Below are positions 1 through 10,538 of a stretch of DNA of 64,000 bases, one piece after another. A program made the translations under genes and the position numbers. Below the pieces are notes generated by a model. It was given only the letters and a program-made list of their open reading frames with translations. It did not search any database and had not been told where the DNA came from. How positions within the stretch are numbered: the first letter of the stretch is position 1; each line of letters begins with the position of its first letter. The DNA is taken from NCBI GenBank assembly GCA_963780375.1, contig CAWABV010000008.1:696497-760496 (forward strand). Direction: 5' to 3'. This stretch comes from an uncultured Chloroflexia bacterium. GTDB lineage: Bacteria > Chloroflexota > Limnocylindria > Limnocylindrales > CSP1-4.

Positions 1-1169
1 TAGCCGGGTCGAAAGGGGCCACGGTCCGCTTCGCGATAGCCGCCGCGTGCCGACCCATCGCCCCGCCAGCCGGGCTCCATCCGCCACGGCGAGCCACCAC
101 CGACCAGGCCGGCGAACCGCTCCGCCCCGAGCTGCTCCCGCGGTGACGGCCGCGGCCGCCCCTGCGACCGATGGACGCCCTCCTCGTCTCGCCAGCGCAG
201 CTCCGGGGCGACCGCGTCGCCACGCAACAGGGCATCCACCGTCTCGGCCACATCGCTGTGGACCGCCACGCGCTCTCGGTCCTGGATCTCGACGATGACA
301 TCGAACGTCGGCGGGGCCTTCCGCTCGAGCACGCTCTTCTGCGTTCGCCGCCGCCGGGCTTCCTCGTCGCCGAGCGTGACGCTCTGGATCCCACCGATGA
401 GATCGGACAGGGTCGGGTTGAGCATCAGGTTATCGAGGTTGTTGCCGTGAGCTGTGCCGATGAGCTGCACGCCACGCTCGGCGATGGTCCGGGCCGCTTG
501 CGCCTCGAGCTCGGTGCCGATCTCGTCGATGACGATGACTTGAGGCATGTGGTTCTCGACGGCCTCGATCATGACCTCGTGCTGGAGCGACGGCGTGCGC
601 ACCTGCATCCGGCGTGCCTTGCCGATCGCTGGATGGGCGATGTCGCCGTCACCGGCGATCTCGTTCGAGGTGTCGACCACGACGACCCGTTTGCCGAGGT
701 CATCCGCGAGGACACGTGCGGCCTCGCGGAGCATCGTCGTCTTGCCGATGCCCGGACGACCCATGATGAGGATCGAATTCCCGGTCTCGACGAAGTCCGC
801 GATGATCTCGATCGTGCCGTAGACCGCCCGCCCGACCCGGCACGTCAGCCCGACCACCTTGCCGTTCCGATTGCGGATGGCACTGATACGGTGGAGCGTG
901 CGCTCGATGCCTGCGCGGTTGTCATCACCGAACGAGCCGATGTGGTCGATGACGAACCCGATGTCGGCCTCGGTGACCTCGCGCTCGAGCAGGCTGACCT
1001 CGGCATCCGGGAAGCGCCCCTCCGGCCGGCGCCCAAGGTCCATGACGACCTCGATCAGCTCCTCCCGATCCGGGAGGGCATGGACGGCGTCGACGATCTC
1101 GGGCGGCAACGATGTCAGCAGCGCATCGAGGTCATCGATGGTCTCGCGCTGGCGATCGTCAGATCCCAC
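1..1169 (-). CDS. AAA+ ATPase of the Ycf45/SpoIIIAA-like (R3H-associated) family; the 3' end runs off the window
   Basis: Absent from the ORF track because it has no in-window stop. Hand translation of the minus strand from GTG (1169-1167) gives VGSDDRQRETIDDLDALL...NSILIMGRPGIGKTT (Walker A)...PQVIVIDEIGT (Walker B)...LIGTAHGNNL. The plus ORF 171..1193 is its antisense shadow. Confidence 0.75.
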   Translation of the reverse strand, partial: MGSDDRQRETIDDLDALLTSLPPEIVDAVHALPDREELIEVVMDLGRRPEGRFPDAEVSLLEREVTEADIGFVIDHIGSFGDDNRAGIERTLHRISAIRNRNGKVVGLTCRVGRAVYGTIEIIADFVETGNSILIMGRPGIGKTTMLREAARVLADDLGKRVVVVDTSNEIAGDGDIAHPAIGKARRMQVRTPSLQHEVMIEAVENHMPQVIVIDEIGTELEAQAARTIAERGVQLIGTAHGNNLDNLMLNPTLSDLIGGIQSVTLGDEEARRRRTQKSVLERKAPPTFDVIVEIQDRERVAVHSDVAETVDALLRGDAVAPELRWRDEEGVHRSQGRPRPSPREQLGAERFAGLVGGGSPWRMEPGWRGDGSARGGYREADRGPFRPG

Positions 1170-1189
1170 GCTGGCCTCCAGTCCCACGG

Positions 1190-2251
1190 TTAGCGAACGC
1201 CGGCCGGCACGAGCGCCGGTTCGGCGACGCGGACGAGCGTCTCCTTCATGAGCAGCGTGACGCTCGCGATCGATCCGAAGGCGGCTTCCTCCAGGCGGTT
1301 GTCGATCGGACCCTCATAGGTTCGCACGGGTGCGATGACACCGTGATCGTGTCGATGTTCGCTCCCTTTCGTCGTTCGTGCCTCGATGATGCCCAGTCCG
1401 AAGCCGATGAGTGCCGTCGCATCGGCCTCCGGCCTTGCGAGGACCTTCAAGTAGTGGGGCTGGTCCTCCTTGGCCACGCCGACCTGCAGGAAGCCATCGA
1501 GCTGCGTGCCGTCCTTGCCGCCCCGCGGCGCCTCCTGCACGAACGCTTCGATGTCCGCGAAACGGAGGATCGGCGCGAGGCTGGAACGCGGCACGCGCCA
1601 ATGGTTGCCCTGGCGCTCCCAGTCGGGCAGGCGGATCGCCTCGAGCCGGGCCACGGGCTGGGGCGTCGCCGCCACGTACAGCCGCTGGAGAGCGAGCGCA
1701 TCGACCGGTTGCGCAGGGCGGATCCGGGCGTCCGCGGTCGCTTTGTCTGACCACGGCTTGGGTAGCTCGCCGTCCGGCCGAAACATGATCTGTTCCTCGC
1801 CGTAGCGGATGAAGCCCGCCTGCATCATCAGCTCGACGTTGCCGTCGACGTCGGCGCACGCCACGTGGAACCTCGCCGCGCCGCGCTTGGCTCCCTCGCG
1901 CAGCAGCTGGTTCACCAGCCGGTAACGGATGTCCCCGGCGTCGGCCATGCCGACCGCGTCGAGCTCCACGATCGTCCATTCATCGCGGGTCGACTCGCGC
2001 TCGACGCGGATCAGACCCGCGATGCGGCCACCCTCCTCGTAGACGTACATCAGGTCGTTCGGGCGGAAGGCGCCGAGCGGCAGCCGGAACAGGCTGAAGA
2101 CGCCGATCGGCGGGCCGCTCACCGGCAGGCCGAGCGACCGTGCGGCGGCCTCATCGGTCTGGCACAGGCGCGACAGCTCGCCGAGCGCAGCAAGATCCGT
2201 CAGGCGCGCGGCGCGCACCTTGCCCTGCTTCCTGGCGCGTGCGACCGTCAT
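1190..2251 (-). CDS. GNAT-family N-acetyltransferase-like protein
   Basis: 353-aa ORF with a GNAT-like block RIAGLIRVERES..WTIVELDAV..RYRLVNQLLREGAKRGAARFHVACADVDGNVELMMQAGF. Its start overlaps the pdxT stop by 4 nt. Confidence 0.65.
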   Translation of the reverse strand: MTVARARKQGKVRAARLTDLAALGELSRLCQTDEAAARSLGLPVSGPPIGVFSLFRLPLGAFRPNDLMYVYEEGGRIAGLIRVERESTRDEWTIVELDAVGMADAGDIRYRLVNQLLREGAKRGAARFHVACADVDGNVELMMQAGFIRYGEEQIMFRPDGELPKPWSDKATADARIRPAQPVDALALQRLYVAATPQPVARLEAIRLPDWERQGNHWRVPRSSLAPILRFADIEAFVQEAPRGGKDGTQLDGFLQVGVAKEDQPHYLKVLARPEADATALIGFGLGIIEARTTKGSEHRHDHGVIAPVRTYEGPIDNRLEEAAFGSIASVTLLMKETLVRVAEPALVPAGVR

Positions 2252-2883
2252 CGGAGCTGGGCGCGCCGGGTCGGGTGCGGCCGGCGACCTGATCCCTCGC
2301 CCGGGTCGTCGTGCTCCGAGGCCATCGTGGCGAGCAGCCGATGGAACCTCGTCTCACCGGCGAGCTCCGGGTGGAACGACGTGGCCAGCACGTTCCGTTC
2401 GCGGACGGCGACGATCCGGCCGTCATCGAGCCGCGCGAGCACGTCGACGTCGGGCCCGGTCCCCTCGATGATCGGGGCCCGGATGAAGACGGCGTGTACC
2501 GGCGTGGAGCCGAGCACGTCGACCGGGATGTCCGCCTCGAATGAGTCCAGCTGCCGCCCGAAGGCGTTGCGCTCGACCCGCACGTCGAGCAGCGGCAGGA
2601 TCGGCTCCTCGCCGCCGGAGATCTCCCGGGAAAGCACGATCATCCCCGCGCACGTGCCGAGGATCGGGGCGCCCGAACGGGCGAGATCGAGGATCGGTTG
2701 GCGCAGCCCCCAGCGCTCGATGAGCTGACGCATCGTCGTGCTCTCGCCGCCCGGCAGGATCAGCCCACTGACGTCATCGAGGTCGGCCGGCTCGCGTACG
2801 CGTACGCCCTCGACCCCGATGGCGGCGAGGGTATCGAGGTGCTCGCGGAAGGCGCCTTGCAGCGCGAGAACGCCGATCTTCAC
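2248..2883 (-). CDS. pdxT: Pyridoxal 5'-phosphate synthase glutaminase subunit PdxT
   Basis: [43 protein letters not shown] place the start at GTG 2883-2881, not at the longer ORF-track start 2997. Confidence 0.9.
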   Translation of the reverse strand: MKIGVLALQGAFREHLDTLAAIGVEGVRVREPADLDDVSGLILPGGESTTMRQLIERWGLRQPILDLARSGAPILGTCAGMIVLSREISGGEEPILPLLDVRVERNAFGRQLDSFEADIPVDVLGSTPVHAVFIRAPIIEGTGPDVDVLARLDDGRIVAVRERNVLATSFHPELAGETRFHRLLATMASEHDDPGEGSGRRPHPTRRAQLR

Positions 2884-2926
2884 GAGGGCAGAGTACCGCG
2901 GGGTGATCGCCGGTCCGAGCGCGGCC

Positions 2927-3815
2927 TTACCAGCCGCGGACGGCGAGGCGCTCCTGCTCCGGGATCTCCTCGAGGGCGATACCGCGCATCGGGGCACCGA
3001 GGCCCTTCGACACCTCCGCGATCTTCTTCGCGTCGTCGAAGAACGTGGTCGCCTGGACGATGGCGTTCGCCATCCGGGCCGGGTCCTCGCTCTTGAAGAT
3101 GCCCGAGCCGACGAACACGCCCTCGGCCCCGAGCTGCATCACGAGCGCCGCGTCGGCGGGGGTCGAGATGCCGCCGGCGACGAAGTTCACGACCGGGAGC
3201 TTGCCGTTCTCGGCGACGTCCTTGACCGACTCGTACGAGGCCTGGAGCTCCTTGGCCGCCACGAACAGCTCGTCCTCGCGGGCGTTCTGCAGTCGACGGA
3301 TCTCGCTGTTGACGTCCCGCAGCTGGCGGACCGCCTCGACGATGTTGCCCGTGCCGGCCTCGCCCTTCGTCCGCATCATGGCGGCACCCTCGTTGATGCG
3401 CCGCAGCGCTTCGCCGAGGTTCCGGCAGCCGCACACGAACGGCACCTTGAAGGCGTGCTTGTCGATGTGGTTGCTCTCGTCGGCCGGGGTGAGCACCTCG
3501 GACTCGTCGATGTAGTCGACGCCGAGCGCCTCGAGGACCTGCGCCTCGACGAAATGGCCGATCCGGGCCTTCGCCATGACCGGGATGCTCACGGCATCCA
3601 TGATCCCGGTGATCATCGCGGGATCGGACATGCGCGCCACGCCGCCGAGCCTTTCGGATGTCGGCGGGCACCCGTTCGAGGGCCATCACGGCGACGGCTC
3701 CGGCGTCCTCGGCGATCTTGGCGTGCTCAGCAGTGACGACGTCCATGATGACGCCGCCCTTGAGCATCTGGGCGAGACCCTTCTTGGTCGCCCAGGTGGA
3801 GGTTTCGACGGTCAT
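2927..3815 (-). pseudogene. pdxS: Pyridoxal 5'-phosphate synthase lyase subunit PdxS, interrupted by a 1-nt frameshift near 3645-3650
   Basis: The N-terminus [56 protein letters not shown] lies in the frame of ORF 2880..3893. The rest, (GGV)[33 protein letters not shown]...GLGAPMRGI, lies in ORF 2927..3640. Removing one base from coding-strand AAGGCT[C]GGCGGCGTGGCGCGCATG restores KAGGVARM. Confidence 0.85.
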
Positions 3816-3974
3816 CTGCGCTATGGCTTCCTCATGTTTCGCGTGTCGCAGCGGGTCCCGATCGGGGGCCTCGCGCGGTCCGTATGATGCCACGGCCCCC
3901 GTGCGGGGCCAACGCGTGTGGCGGATCGACCCGCTGCGTGACCGCTGGACTGGGATGGACCGGTGCCGGCGCCG

Positions 3975-4487
3975 CTACGACCCCTCGTCGAACGTGAAGC
4001 GGGTCATATCGTCGGGGAACGTCGTCCACGCGAATGCCTTCGACGGATGCAGCTCCCACAGGCCACCGTGCGTCCAATGGTCCGCCGACGCTTCGTACCC
4101 GGGCTTGTACTTCGCGTATCCCGCCAGGATCCGGTCCGCCAGCGGCGTCTCTGGCGCGGTCAGTTCCACACCACGCCCTTCCACGATGATCACCTCGGCG
4201 CCGGCCACCCCGGAGCCGGCACCCTCGGCGTGGATCGCCATCTGCGGGTTCTCGCGGAGGTTGCGCTGCCAGCGCGTCGGCCCACCCTCGACATACCAGT
4301 GGCCATCGACCCAGGCGCCCCAGATCGGGATCAGGTGCGGGGTGCCACTCCCACTCGCCGTGGCGAGCCAGTACACGTCGGCGCGCTCGAGGCGCTCGAC
4401 CGCCCACGACCACGCCAGGACACCCTCGGTCGATGTCGGGATCCCGTAGCCAGGGACATGCGGCCGATCGACACGCGGGTCGCTCAC
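3975..4487 (-). CDS. Pyridoxamine 5'-phosphate oxidase (PPOX)-family protein
   Basis: 170-aa ORF with a split-barrel-like pattern: YWLATASGSGTPHLIPIWGAWVDGHWYVEGGPTRWQRNLRENPQMAIH. Confidence 0.65.
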   Translation of the reverse strand: MSDPRVDRPHVPGYGIPTSTEGVLAWSWAVERLERADVYWLATASGSGTPHLIPIWGAWVDGHWYVEGGPTRWQRNLRENPQMAIHAEGAGSGVAGAEVIIVEGRGVELTAPETPLADRILAGYAKYKPGYEASADHWTHGGLWELHPSKAFAWTTFPDDMTRFTFDEGS

Positions 4488-4494
4488 CCGCCGT

Positions 4495-5256
4495 TCAGTG
4501 GCTGACCGTCCGAACGACGCCGGACATCAGCTTCGTGGCTCGTCGGGCGGCCTTCGGGGAGAGCCGCGAGACGGCGTCGACCAGCTCGAGGACGTCACCG
4601 TCGTCAAGGCCATCGAGCAGGTCGAAAAGGCGCAGGACGGTGTCATCCGGCACGCGATCGAGCAATCGGAGGGCTCGTTCGAGCTCCCGAGGTTCGAGTT
4701 GCGGTACGAGACCCACCGCCCGGTCGAACAGCCGAACGAACACGACGAACGATGAGAGCCACTCCTTGAGCGCGGCGAGTTCCGTGTCGTCGGGGTTCGC
4801 GGCCGACGCCTCGGCGGCTTCGCGAGCCTTCTGCTCGAGCACGGCGACGACCGGGTCGCCCTCGCGCACCTTGCGCTCGGCGATGACGCGCCCGAACCAT
4901 TGCCAGTGGTCGTTCACCGCGAGGAATGCCGTGCCAGCCGGACCGCGCCGACCCACGCGCCGCGGTTCCGACACGCGCTGGACGAGGCCCCAGTTCTCCG
5001 CCTCGGCGAGGGCCAGGCTGGCCGCGCGGTGCGACAAGCCGAGCGCCTCGCGAACCTCGCGCTCGGTGAGCGGCTCCTGGCGCGCCATCAGGTAGGCCTG
5101 GACGCGGGCGATCGCCGGTGTCACGCCCCATGCGGCCCCCATCGCGCCCCAGGCGTCGGCCAGCTCCAGCCGGATCGACTCGGCGGTCGTCCGGTCGCCC
5201 GGGACGATCCCGCCGTTCGATTCCTGCTCATTGACAGTAGCGAGTTTAGCGGTCAT
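4495..5256 (-). CDS. MarR/GbsR-like winged-helix transcriptional regulator
   Basis: 253-aa ORF. ARVQAYLMARQEPLTEREVREALGLSHRAASLALAEAENWGLVQRV resembles a wHTH. It is divergent from 5302..6231. Confidence 0.55.
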   Translation of the reverse strand: MTAKLATVNEQESNGGIVPGDRTTAESIRLELADAWGAMGAAWGVTPAIARVQAYLMARQEPLTEREVREALGLSHRAASLALAEAENWGLVQRVSEPRRVGRRGPAGTAFLAVNDHWQWFGRVIAERKVREGDPVVAVLEQKAREAAEASAANPDDTELAALKEWLSSFVVFVRLFDRAVGLVPQLEPRELERALRLLDRVPDDTVLRLFDLLDGLDDGDVLELVDAVSRLSPKAARRATKLMSGVVRTVSH

Positions 5257-5301
5257 AACTTGCTATGACAGAGTAGCACGCTTATCCCCAAGGACATCCC
5301 C

Positions 5302-6231
5302 GTGAAGGTTGCGATCGTAGGCGGTTCGGGTCTGGTCGGTCGGGCGCTGACACGCTCGTTGATCGACGAGGGACATGACGTTCTCGTGCTCTCGCGCGAT
5401 CCCGATCGCCGGGCAAAGCACGTCCGACACCCGGCGCGGATCGCGAAGTGGTCGACGGACGACGTCGACGGGCTGAGCCGCTCGATCAGCGGTGTCGATT
5501 CCGTCGTGTCGGTCGCCGGCGCCCGCGTCGCGCCGTGGCGATGGACCCGGCGCCGCAAGGCGACGATCACGTCGAGCCGGGTCGACACGATCAGGGCCAT
5601 CGTCGACGCGATGGCCCGCCTTCCCGCGAACCGTCGACCACGGAGCCTCGTGGTCGTCTCGGGCATCGACGCGTACCCGGAAACGCCATCCGGCGACGAT
5701 CCGTCGCCATCGACCGAGGCGAGCTCCATGGGCGACGAGTTCCTCGCCCGCGTCTCGAGGGCGCTGGAGGACGAAGCGCGTCGCGCCGAGTCGCTCGGCG
5801 TCCGGGTCGCACGGCTGCGACAGGGCCATGTCCTGGCTCGAGATGCCGATCTCGTCTGGTTCCTGGCGTTGCCGGTGCGGCTGTTTCTCGGTGGCCGGCT
5901 CGGCAGCGGTCAGCAATGGATCAGCTGGATCCACATCGACGACAGCGTGGCCCTTTTCCGGCGAGGGATCGGCGACGTGGACGGTGTCCTCAACGCGACC
6001 AGCCCAGGAGCGGTCAGGCAGATCGACTTCGTGCGAGCGATGGCTCGCCGGCTCCACCGAAAGGTCTGGTTCCCCGCCCCTGCATGGCTCGTGACGCTCG
6101 TGCTCGGTGAACAGGCCGTGCTGCTGCTCGGGTCGCGCCGCGTTGCACCGGCCCGGGCGCTAGAGCTTGGCTACGACTTCCGCTATCGAACGATCGACGA
6201 AGCGTTCGACGAGGTCTTTGGCCTAAGCTGA
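5302..6231 (+). CDS. NAD-binding epimerase-family protein (YfcH/TIGR01777-like, SDR fold)
   Basis: MKVAIVGGSGLVGRAL Rossmann motif. Length and the C-terminal LELGYDFRY-type ending are typical of the family. Confidence 0.7.
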   Translation: MKVAIVGGSGLVGRALTRSLIDEGHDVLVLSRDPDRRAKHVRHPARIAKWSTDDVDGLSRSISGVDSVVSVAGARVAPWRWTRRRKATITSSRVDTIRAIVDAMARLPANRRPRSLVVVSGIDAYPETPSGDDPSPSTEASSMGDEFLARVSRALEDEARRAESLGVRVARLRQGHVLARDADLVWFLALPVRLFLGGRLGSGQQWISWIHIDDSVALFRRGIGDVDGVLNATSPGAVRQIDFVRAMARRLHRKVWFPAPAWLVTLVLGEQAVLLLGSRRVAPARALELGYDFRYRTIDEAFDEVFGLS

Positions 6232-6244
6232 CCGGCTAGACCCC

Positions 6245-6721
6245 TCAGCCGACCGCGAGCGCGGCCTCGACCGCCACGAACAGCGGTCCATCGGGGTCGA
6301 TCTCCGTCTCGCAGGAGGCGATCCGCTCGACCCCGTTCGGGCCCCCGAACTCGTAGATCGACTCCTGTCCGTCGTAGGTCACCGGGCACTGCCCGGTGAA
6401 CGGCCGCGAGCGGAGCATGTCGAAATCGGTCGTCCTGATGGCGGCGTCGAGCGCCGCGAGTGCGTCAGCGGACACCTGACCCACGACCACATCCTCTGGA
6501 TCCGTCTGATGAAGTCGGCCGTCCCGCTCGACCACGAGCGTCGACCCGCATGGTCCGTCGGGGCATGCGCCGCCGCGCGTCGTGACCGTGACAAGAGGCA
6601 GGGTCGTCGGAGGGAGCAGCGAGGCCACAGCCGCGGGCGAACAGGCGCCCAGCGTTAGCACGACGGACAGGACGAGGATCGCACGACACATCGACATGCG
6701 CGCCGGACGGTCGGCGTCCAC
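6245..6721 (-). CDS. Putative lipoprotein, unknown function
   Basis: Signal/lipobox-like [14 protein letters not shown]. The real start may be the internal Met at 6697 or 6691. Confidence 0.5.
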   Translation of the reverse strand: MDADRPARMSMCRAILVLSVVLTLGACSPAAVASLLPPTTLPLVTVTTRGGACPDGPCGSTLVVERDGRLHQTDPEDVVVGQVSADALAALDAAIRTTDFDMLRSRPFTGQCPVTYDGQESIYEFGGPNGVERIASCETEIDPDGPLFVAVEAALAVG

Positions 6722-6750
6722 GCCCGGTTCCGCGACCTATCATCGGGGCC

Positions 6751-8349
6751 ATGCCCGTCCTGCGTAGCCGGCTGGACCCTGCCGCGGCGGATACACGCGC
6801 GAACCACGAGGCGATGGCGGTCCTGGTCGACGACCTGCGCCGGCGACAGTCCGACCTCGCTGACCGAGGCGCCGGCGGCGACGATGCCTCGATCCAACGC
6901 CATCGCGAACGGGGCAAGCTCCCGGTCCGTGACCGCATCGACCACCTGCTCGATCCGGGTTCGCCCTTCCTCGAGCTGAGCCCGCTCGCCGCGAACGGCC
7001 TGTACGACGACGACGCGCCGGGAGCCGGCATCGTCACCGGGATCGGCCGGGTGGAGGACACGACCTGCGTCATCGTCGCCAACGACGCCACGGTCAAGGG
7101 CGGCACGTATTACCCGATGACCGTCAAGAAACACCTCCGGGCGCAGGACGTCGCGCTCGAGAACCGGCTGCCGTGCATCTATCTCGTCGACAGCGGTGGT
7201 GCCTTCCTGCCGCTCCAGGCCGACGTGTTCCCGGACCGCGACCACTTCGGCCGGATCTTCTACAACCAGGCCCGCATGTCGGCCGCGGGGATCCCTCAGG
7301 TCGCACTCGTCATGGGCTCGTGTACCGCTGGCGGCGCCTACGTGCCGGCGATGAGCGACGAGACGGTCATCGTGAAGGGCACGGGGACGATCTTCCTCGG
7401 CGGGCCGCCGCTCGTGAAGGCCGCAACCGGCGAGGATGTCTCGGCCGAGGAACTCGGCGGTGCCGAGGTCCACACCCGACGGTCCGGCGTCGCGGACCAC
7501 GAGGCGCTCGATGACGAACATGCCCTGGCGCTCGGTCGGTCGATCGTGGCGAACCTCAATCGGAAGCCACCGCCCCTGCCGTGGGATCGCCGAGCGCCCG
7601 ACGCTCCAGCGGCGGACGCCGCCGGTCTGTACGGGGCCGTCTCGGCCGACCCGCGGCGGCCCGTGCCGGTCCGCGAGATCATCGCGCGGCTCGTCGACGG
7701 CTCACGGTTCCACGAGTTCAAGCCGCTCTACGGCGAGACGCTCGTCACCGGCTTCGCTCACATCGATGGCTACCCGGTCGGGATCATCGCGAACGACGGG
7801 ATCCTGTTCAGCCAGTCGTCGCTGAAGGGCGCGCACTTCATCGAGCTCGCCTGCCAGCGTCGCATCCCGCTGGTCTTCCTGCAGAACATCACGGGCTTCA
7901 TGGTCGGCCGCGAGTACGAGGAGGCCGGCATCGCCAAGGACGGCGCGAAGCTCGTCACGGCAGTGGCCAGCGCCGAGGTCCCGAAGTTCACGATCCTGAT
8001 CGGAGGATCGTTCGGAGCCGGCAACTATGCGATGGCCGGTCGGGCGTACCAGCCTCGGTTCCTGTGGTCCTGGCCGAACGCCCGGATCTCCGTGATGGGC
8101 GGCCAGCAGGCGGCGCGCGTCCTCTCGACGGTCCGCGGTGGGTTCTCCGACGACGCCGAGCGTGACGCCTTCGAGGCGCCGATCCTCGACACCTATGAGC
8201 GCGAGGGCTCGCCCTACTTCGCAACGGCGCGGCTGTGGGACGACGGCGTGATCGACCCATCGGACACCCGCCGGATCCTCTCGCTCGGCCTCGAGGCCGC
8301 GCTCCACGCCCCGATCCCCGAGACCCGCTTCGGCGTGTTCCGTATGTGA
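6751..8349 (+). CDS. Methylcrotonyl-CoA carboxylase carboxyltransferase (beta) subunit (LiuB/AccD-type)
   Basis: 532 aa: [74 protein letters not shown]. Confidence 0.9.
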   Translation: MPVLRSRLDPAAADTRANHEAMAVLVDDLRRRQSDLADRGAGGDDASIQRHRERGKLPVRDRIDHLLDPGSPFLELSPLAANGLYDDDAPGAGIVTGIGRVEDTTCVIVANDATVKGGTYYPMTVKKHLRAQDVALENRLPCIYLVDSGGAFLPLQADVFPDRDHFGRIFYNQARMSAAGIPQVALVMGSCTAGGAYVPAMSDETVIVKGTGTIFLGGPPLVKAATGEDVSAEELGGAEVHTRRSGVADHEALDDEHALALGRSIVANLNRKPPPLPWDRRAPDAPAADAAGLYGAVSADPRRPVPVREIIARLVDGSRFHEFKPLYGETLVTGFAHIDGYPVGIIANDGILFSQSSLKGAHFIELACQRRIPLVFLQNITGFMVGREYEEAGIAKDGAKLVTAVASAEVPKFTILIGGSFGAGNYAMAGRAYQPRFLWSWPNARISVMGGQQAARVLSTVRGGFSDDAERDAFEAPILDTYEREGSPYFATARLWDDGVIDPSDTRRILSLGLEAALHAPIPETRFGVFRM

Positions 8350-8388
8350 GCTCGGCGCGACCCAGACGCGCCTCCCAGGGAGGAGTCG

Positions 8389-9003
8389 ATGCTCAAGTTC
8401 TACAGCGAGATCCCGACCACCCGTCTCCGCGAGATGATCGCCGACCTCTCGACCTGGGCGTGGGTCGCGCTCTGGACGGTCGTCGGTGTCCGGATCCACG
8501 ACGCCATCTCCGGCTTCGCCGAGGCGGGTCGCGTCCTGCGCGGCGGCGGCGAGAACATCGAGTCGGCCGGCGCACAGCTGGGGGCCGCACTCAACGGGCT
8601 GCCACTCGTCGGGCCGGGCATCGACGACATCACGACGAAGACTTTCGCCACCGCCGGAGAACCGTTCCAGTATGTCGGCGGCGAGCTCGAGTCCCTGCTC
8701 ATCCTCATCGCGCGATTGCTCGCGATCCTCGTGGTCGCGGTGTTCCTCATCCCGTGGCTGCTTCGCTACGTCCCATGGCGGGCGTCGCGCCTCGCGACCG
8801 TCCGAGCCGCGCATCGCGCGATCCGACGCGCGCCGGTCGACGTTTCGACAGCGACCCTGCAACGCCAGCTCGCCACTCGAGCGCTGAACCGCCTCTCATA
8901 TCCGGAGTTGCTCGAACACACGCCCGACCCGTTCGGCGATTTCGCCGCGGGCCGGTTCGATCGTCTCGTGACCGCCGAGCTTGCGAGCGTCGGGTTGAGG
9001 TGA
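8389..9003 (+). CDS. Membrane protein, unknown function
   Basis: 204-aa ORF with hydrophobic segments WAWVALWTVVGV and LLILIARLLAILVVAVFLIPWLL and high GC3. Confidence 0.45.
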   Translation: MLKFYSEIPTTRLREMIADLSTWAWVALWTVVGVRIHDAISGFAEAGRVLRGGGENIESAGAQLGAALNGLPLVGPGIDDITTKTFATAGEPFQYVGGELESLLILIARLLAILVVAVFLIPWLLRYVPWRASRLATVRAAHRAIRRAPVDVSTATLQRQLATRALNRLSYPELLEHTPDPFGDFAAGRFDRLVTAELASVGLR

Positions 9004-9764
9004 CTCGGCGGCTCGTCGCGCTGACTGCGCTCGCCGCGCTGGTCGCCGGGGGGTGCTCGATCGTGCCGACCGCCGCAGACGAGCGGCAGCCGAAGCCATG
9101 TGCGGTGGTGTACAGCATCGCCCGGTGCGCGGCGATGACCGACATCGTCGCGGCTGACGTCGGCAAGAACCGCGACGACGTGGCCTCCGTCGCGATCGTG
9201 CCTGACGCGCCACCCGGAGGCGTCCACCTGGGGGCCGGGTGGCATGTCCGCGTCCGGATCGTGCTGAAGGATGGATCCACGCACGACAAGCTGATCTGCG
9301 GCGGCGTCCTGCGCGAGCCTGCGTGCACTGACGATCCCCGCCTCGAGATGCGGTCGGCGATCGTCAGCGGCTATAGGGACGTTCCGGAGGGATCCACCCC
9401 GCTGCCGACCCTCGAGCCTCCCGCGGCACGGGCTGCGGCTCCCGTGGTCGTGGACAGCCTCTCGATCCCGATCGATCGACTCGGTGAGCGGGAAGTGGTC
9501 CTCGGCGATGGCTCGCTGCCCAACGGGATGTGGACCAGCGCGACCATCGATTTCGCGGAGTCATGGCCGGCCGACCTCGCGCTTAGAGATGCGGTCGTCG
9601 TCCTTGAGCTCCGCTCGCTTGAGCGCGATGGCCGGCCGTTCGAGAACGCGTACGTGCATGGTTGGCGCCCGGGCCTCGAGCGGGTCACGGCGGTGCTCCG
9701 CTTCGACGTCCTTTGGTTCCGGCCGGGAGCGAAACTCGAGCTTCGAAACGTGTCGGTCCGGTAG
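9000..9764 (+). CDS. Putative lipoprotein, unknown function
   Basis: The GTG at 9000 overlaps the upstream TGA (GTGA). VTRRLVALTALAALVAGGCS is a lipobox. This is the 3' part of the long ORF 8235..9764. Confidence 0.55.
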   Translation: MTRRLVALTALAALVAGGCSIVPTAADERQPKPCAVVYSIARCAAMTDIVAADVGKNRDDVASVAIVPDAPPGGVHLGAGWHVRVRIVLKDGSTHDKLICGGVLREPACTDDPRLEMRSAIVSGYRDVPEGSTPLPTLEPPAARAAAPVVVDSLSIPIDRLGEREVVLGDGSLPNGMWTSATIDFAESWPADLALRDAVVVLELRSLERDGRPFENAYVHGWRPGLERVTAVLRFDVLWFRPGAKLELRNVSVR

Positions 9765-9773
9765 CATCGGGGC

Positions 9774-10538
9774 GTGCCTCGCGTCGCTCGGTTCTCGATC
9801 TCGCCGGTCCGCAGTCTCGGCCTGCAGCACCCCACCGAGATCGATGTCACCGAGGTCGGCGTGGTCGAGGACCGCCGGTTCTTCCTGACCGACGACACGA
9901 ACCGGCTCATAGACCGGATCGTCATCGGGCCGTTGGTGCAGATCGAGGCGAGGACCGATCCGGGCGCGACGTCGCTTTGGATGCGCTTCCCGGACGGGAC
10001 AGTGGTCGAGGACGACGTCGAGCTCGCCGAAGCCGTGGAGACGCCGATCCACGGGCGGACGGGGGTGGGCCACGTCGTGATCGGACCGTGGGCCGAGAAG
10101 CTGTCGGCGTTCACCGGCCGGTCGATGCGGGTCATCCGCTGTGACCGGCCCGGCGGCACGCGCCGGGGCAATCCGACGAGCATCATCTCCGACGGTTCGC
10201 TCCGGGAACTCGCTCGTCACGCCGGGGTCGACGAGGTCGATGGACGGCGCTTCCGGATGCTCATCGACCTCGAGGACGCCGCCGCGCACGAAGAGGACAC
10301 CTGGATCGGCAAGCGCATCGGCCTCGGCGACGCAGTCCTCCGGGTGACCAAGCCGGACGCGCGCTGCGCCATCACGACACAGGACCCGAACAGCGGGATC
10401 CGCGACCTTGACACGCTGCGGACGGTCATCTCCTACCGCGGGCTCCGTGAGGGGAAACACGCCGACTTCGGCGTGCTGGGGGATGTCGAACAGCCGGGCC
10501 GGATCCGCGTCGGCGACGAGGTGACGCTGCTCGACTAG
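9774..10538 (+). CDS. MOSC domain-containing protein
   Basis: 254 aa. It has the conserved Cys context LRVTKPDARCAITTQDP and GDVEQPGRIRVGDEV. Confidence 0.75.
   Translation: MPRVARFSISPVRSLGLQHPTEIDVTEVGVVEDRRFFLTDDTNRLIDRIVIGPLVQIEARTDPGATSLWMRFPDGTVVEDDVELAEAVETPIHGRTGVGHVVIGPWAEKLSAFTGRSMRVIRCDRPGGTRRGNPTSIISDGSLRELARHAGVDEVDGRRFRMLIDLEDAAAHEEDTWIGKRIGLGDAVLRVTKPDARCAITTQDPNSGIRDLDTLRTVISYRGLREGKHADFGVLGDVEQPGRIRVGDEVTLLD

Noticed and set aside
171-1193. A 340-aa plus-strand ORF at the left edge.
   Set aside because: It is the antisense shadow of the Ycf45/SpoIIIAA-like ATPase. That gene is absent from the track only because it lacks an in-window stop.
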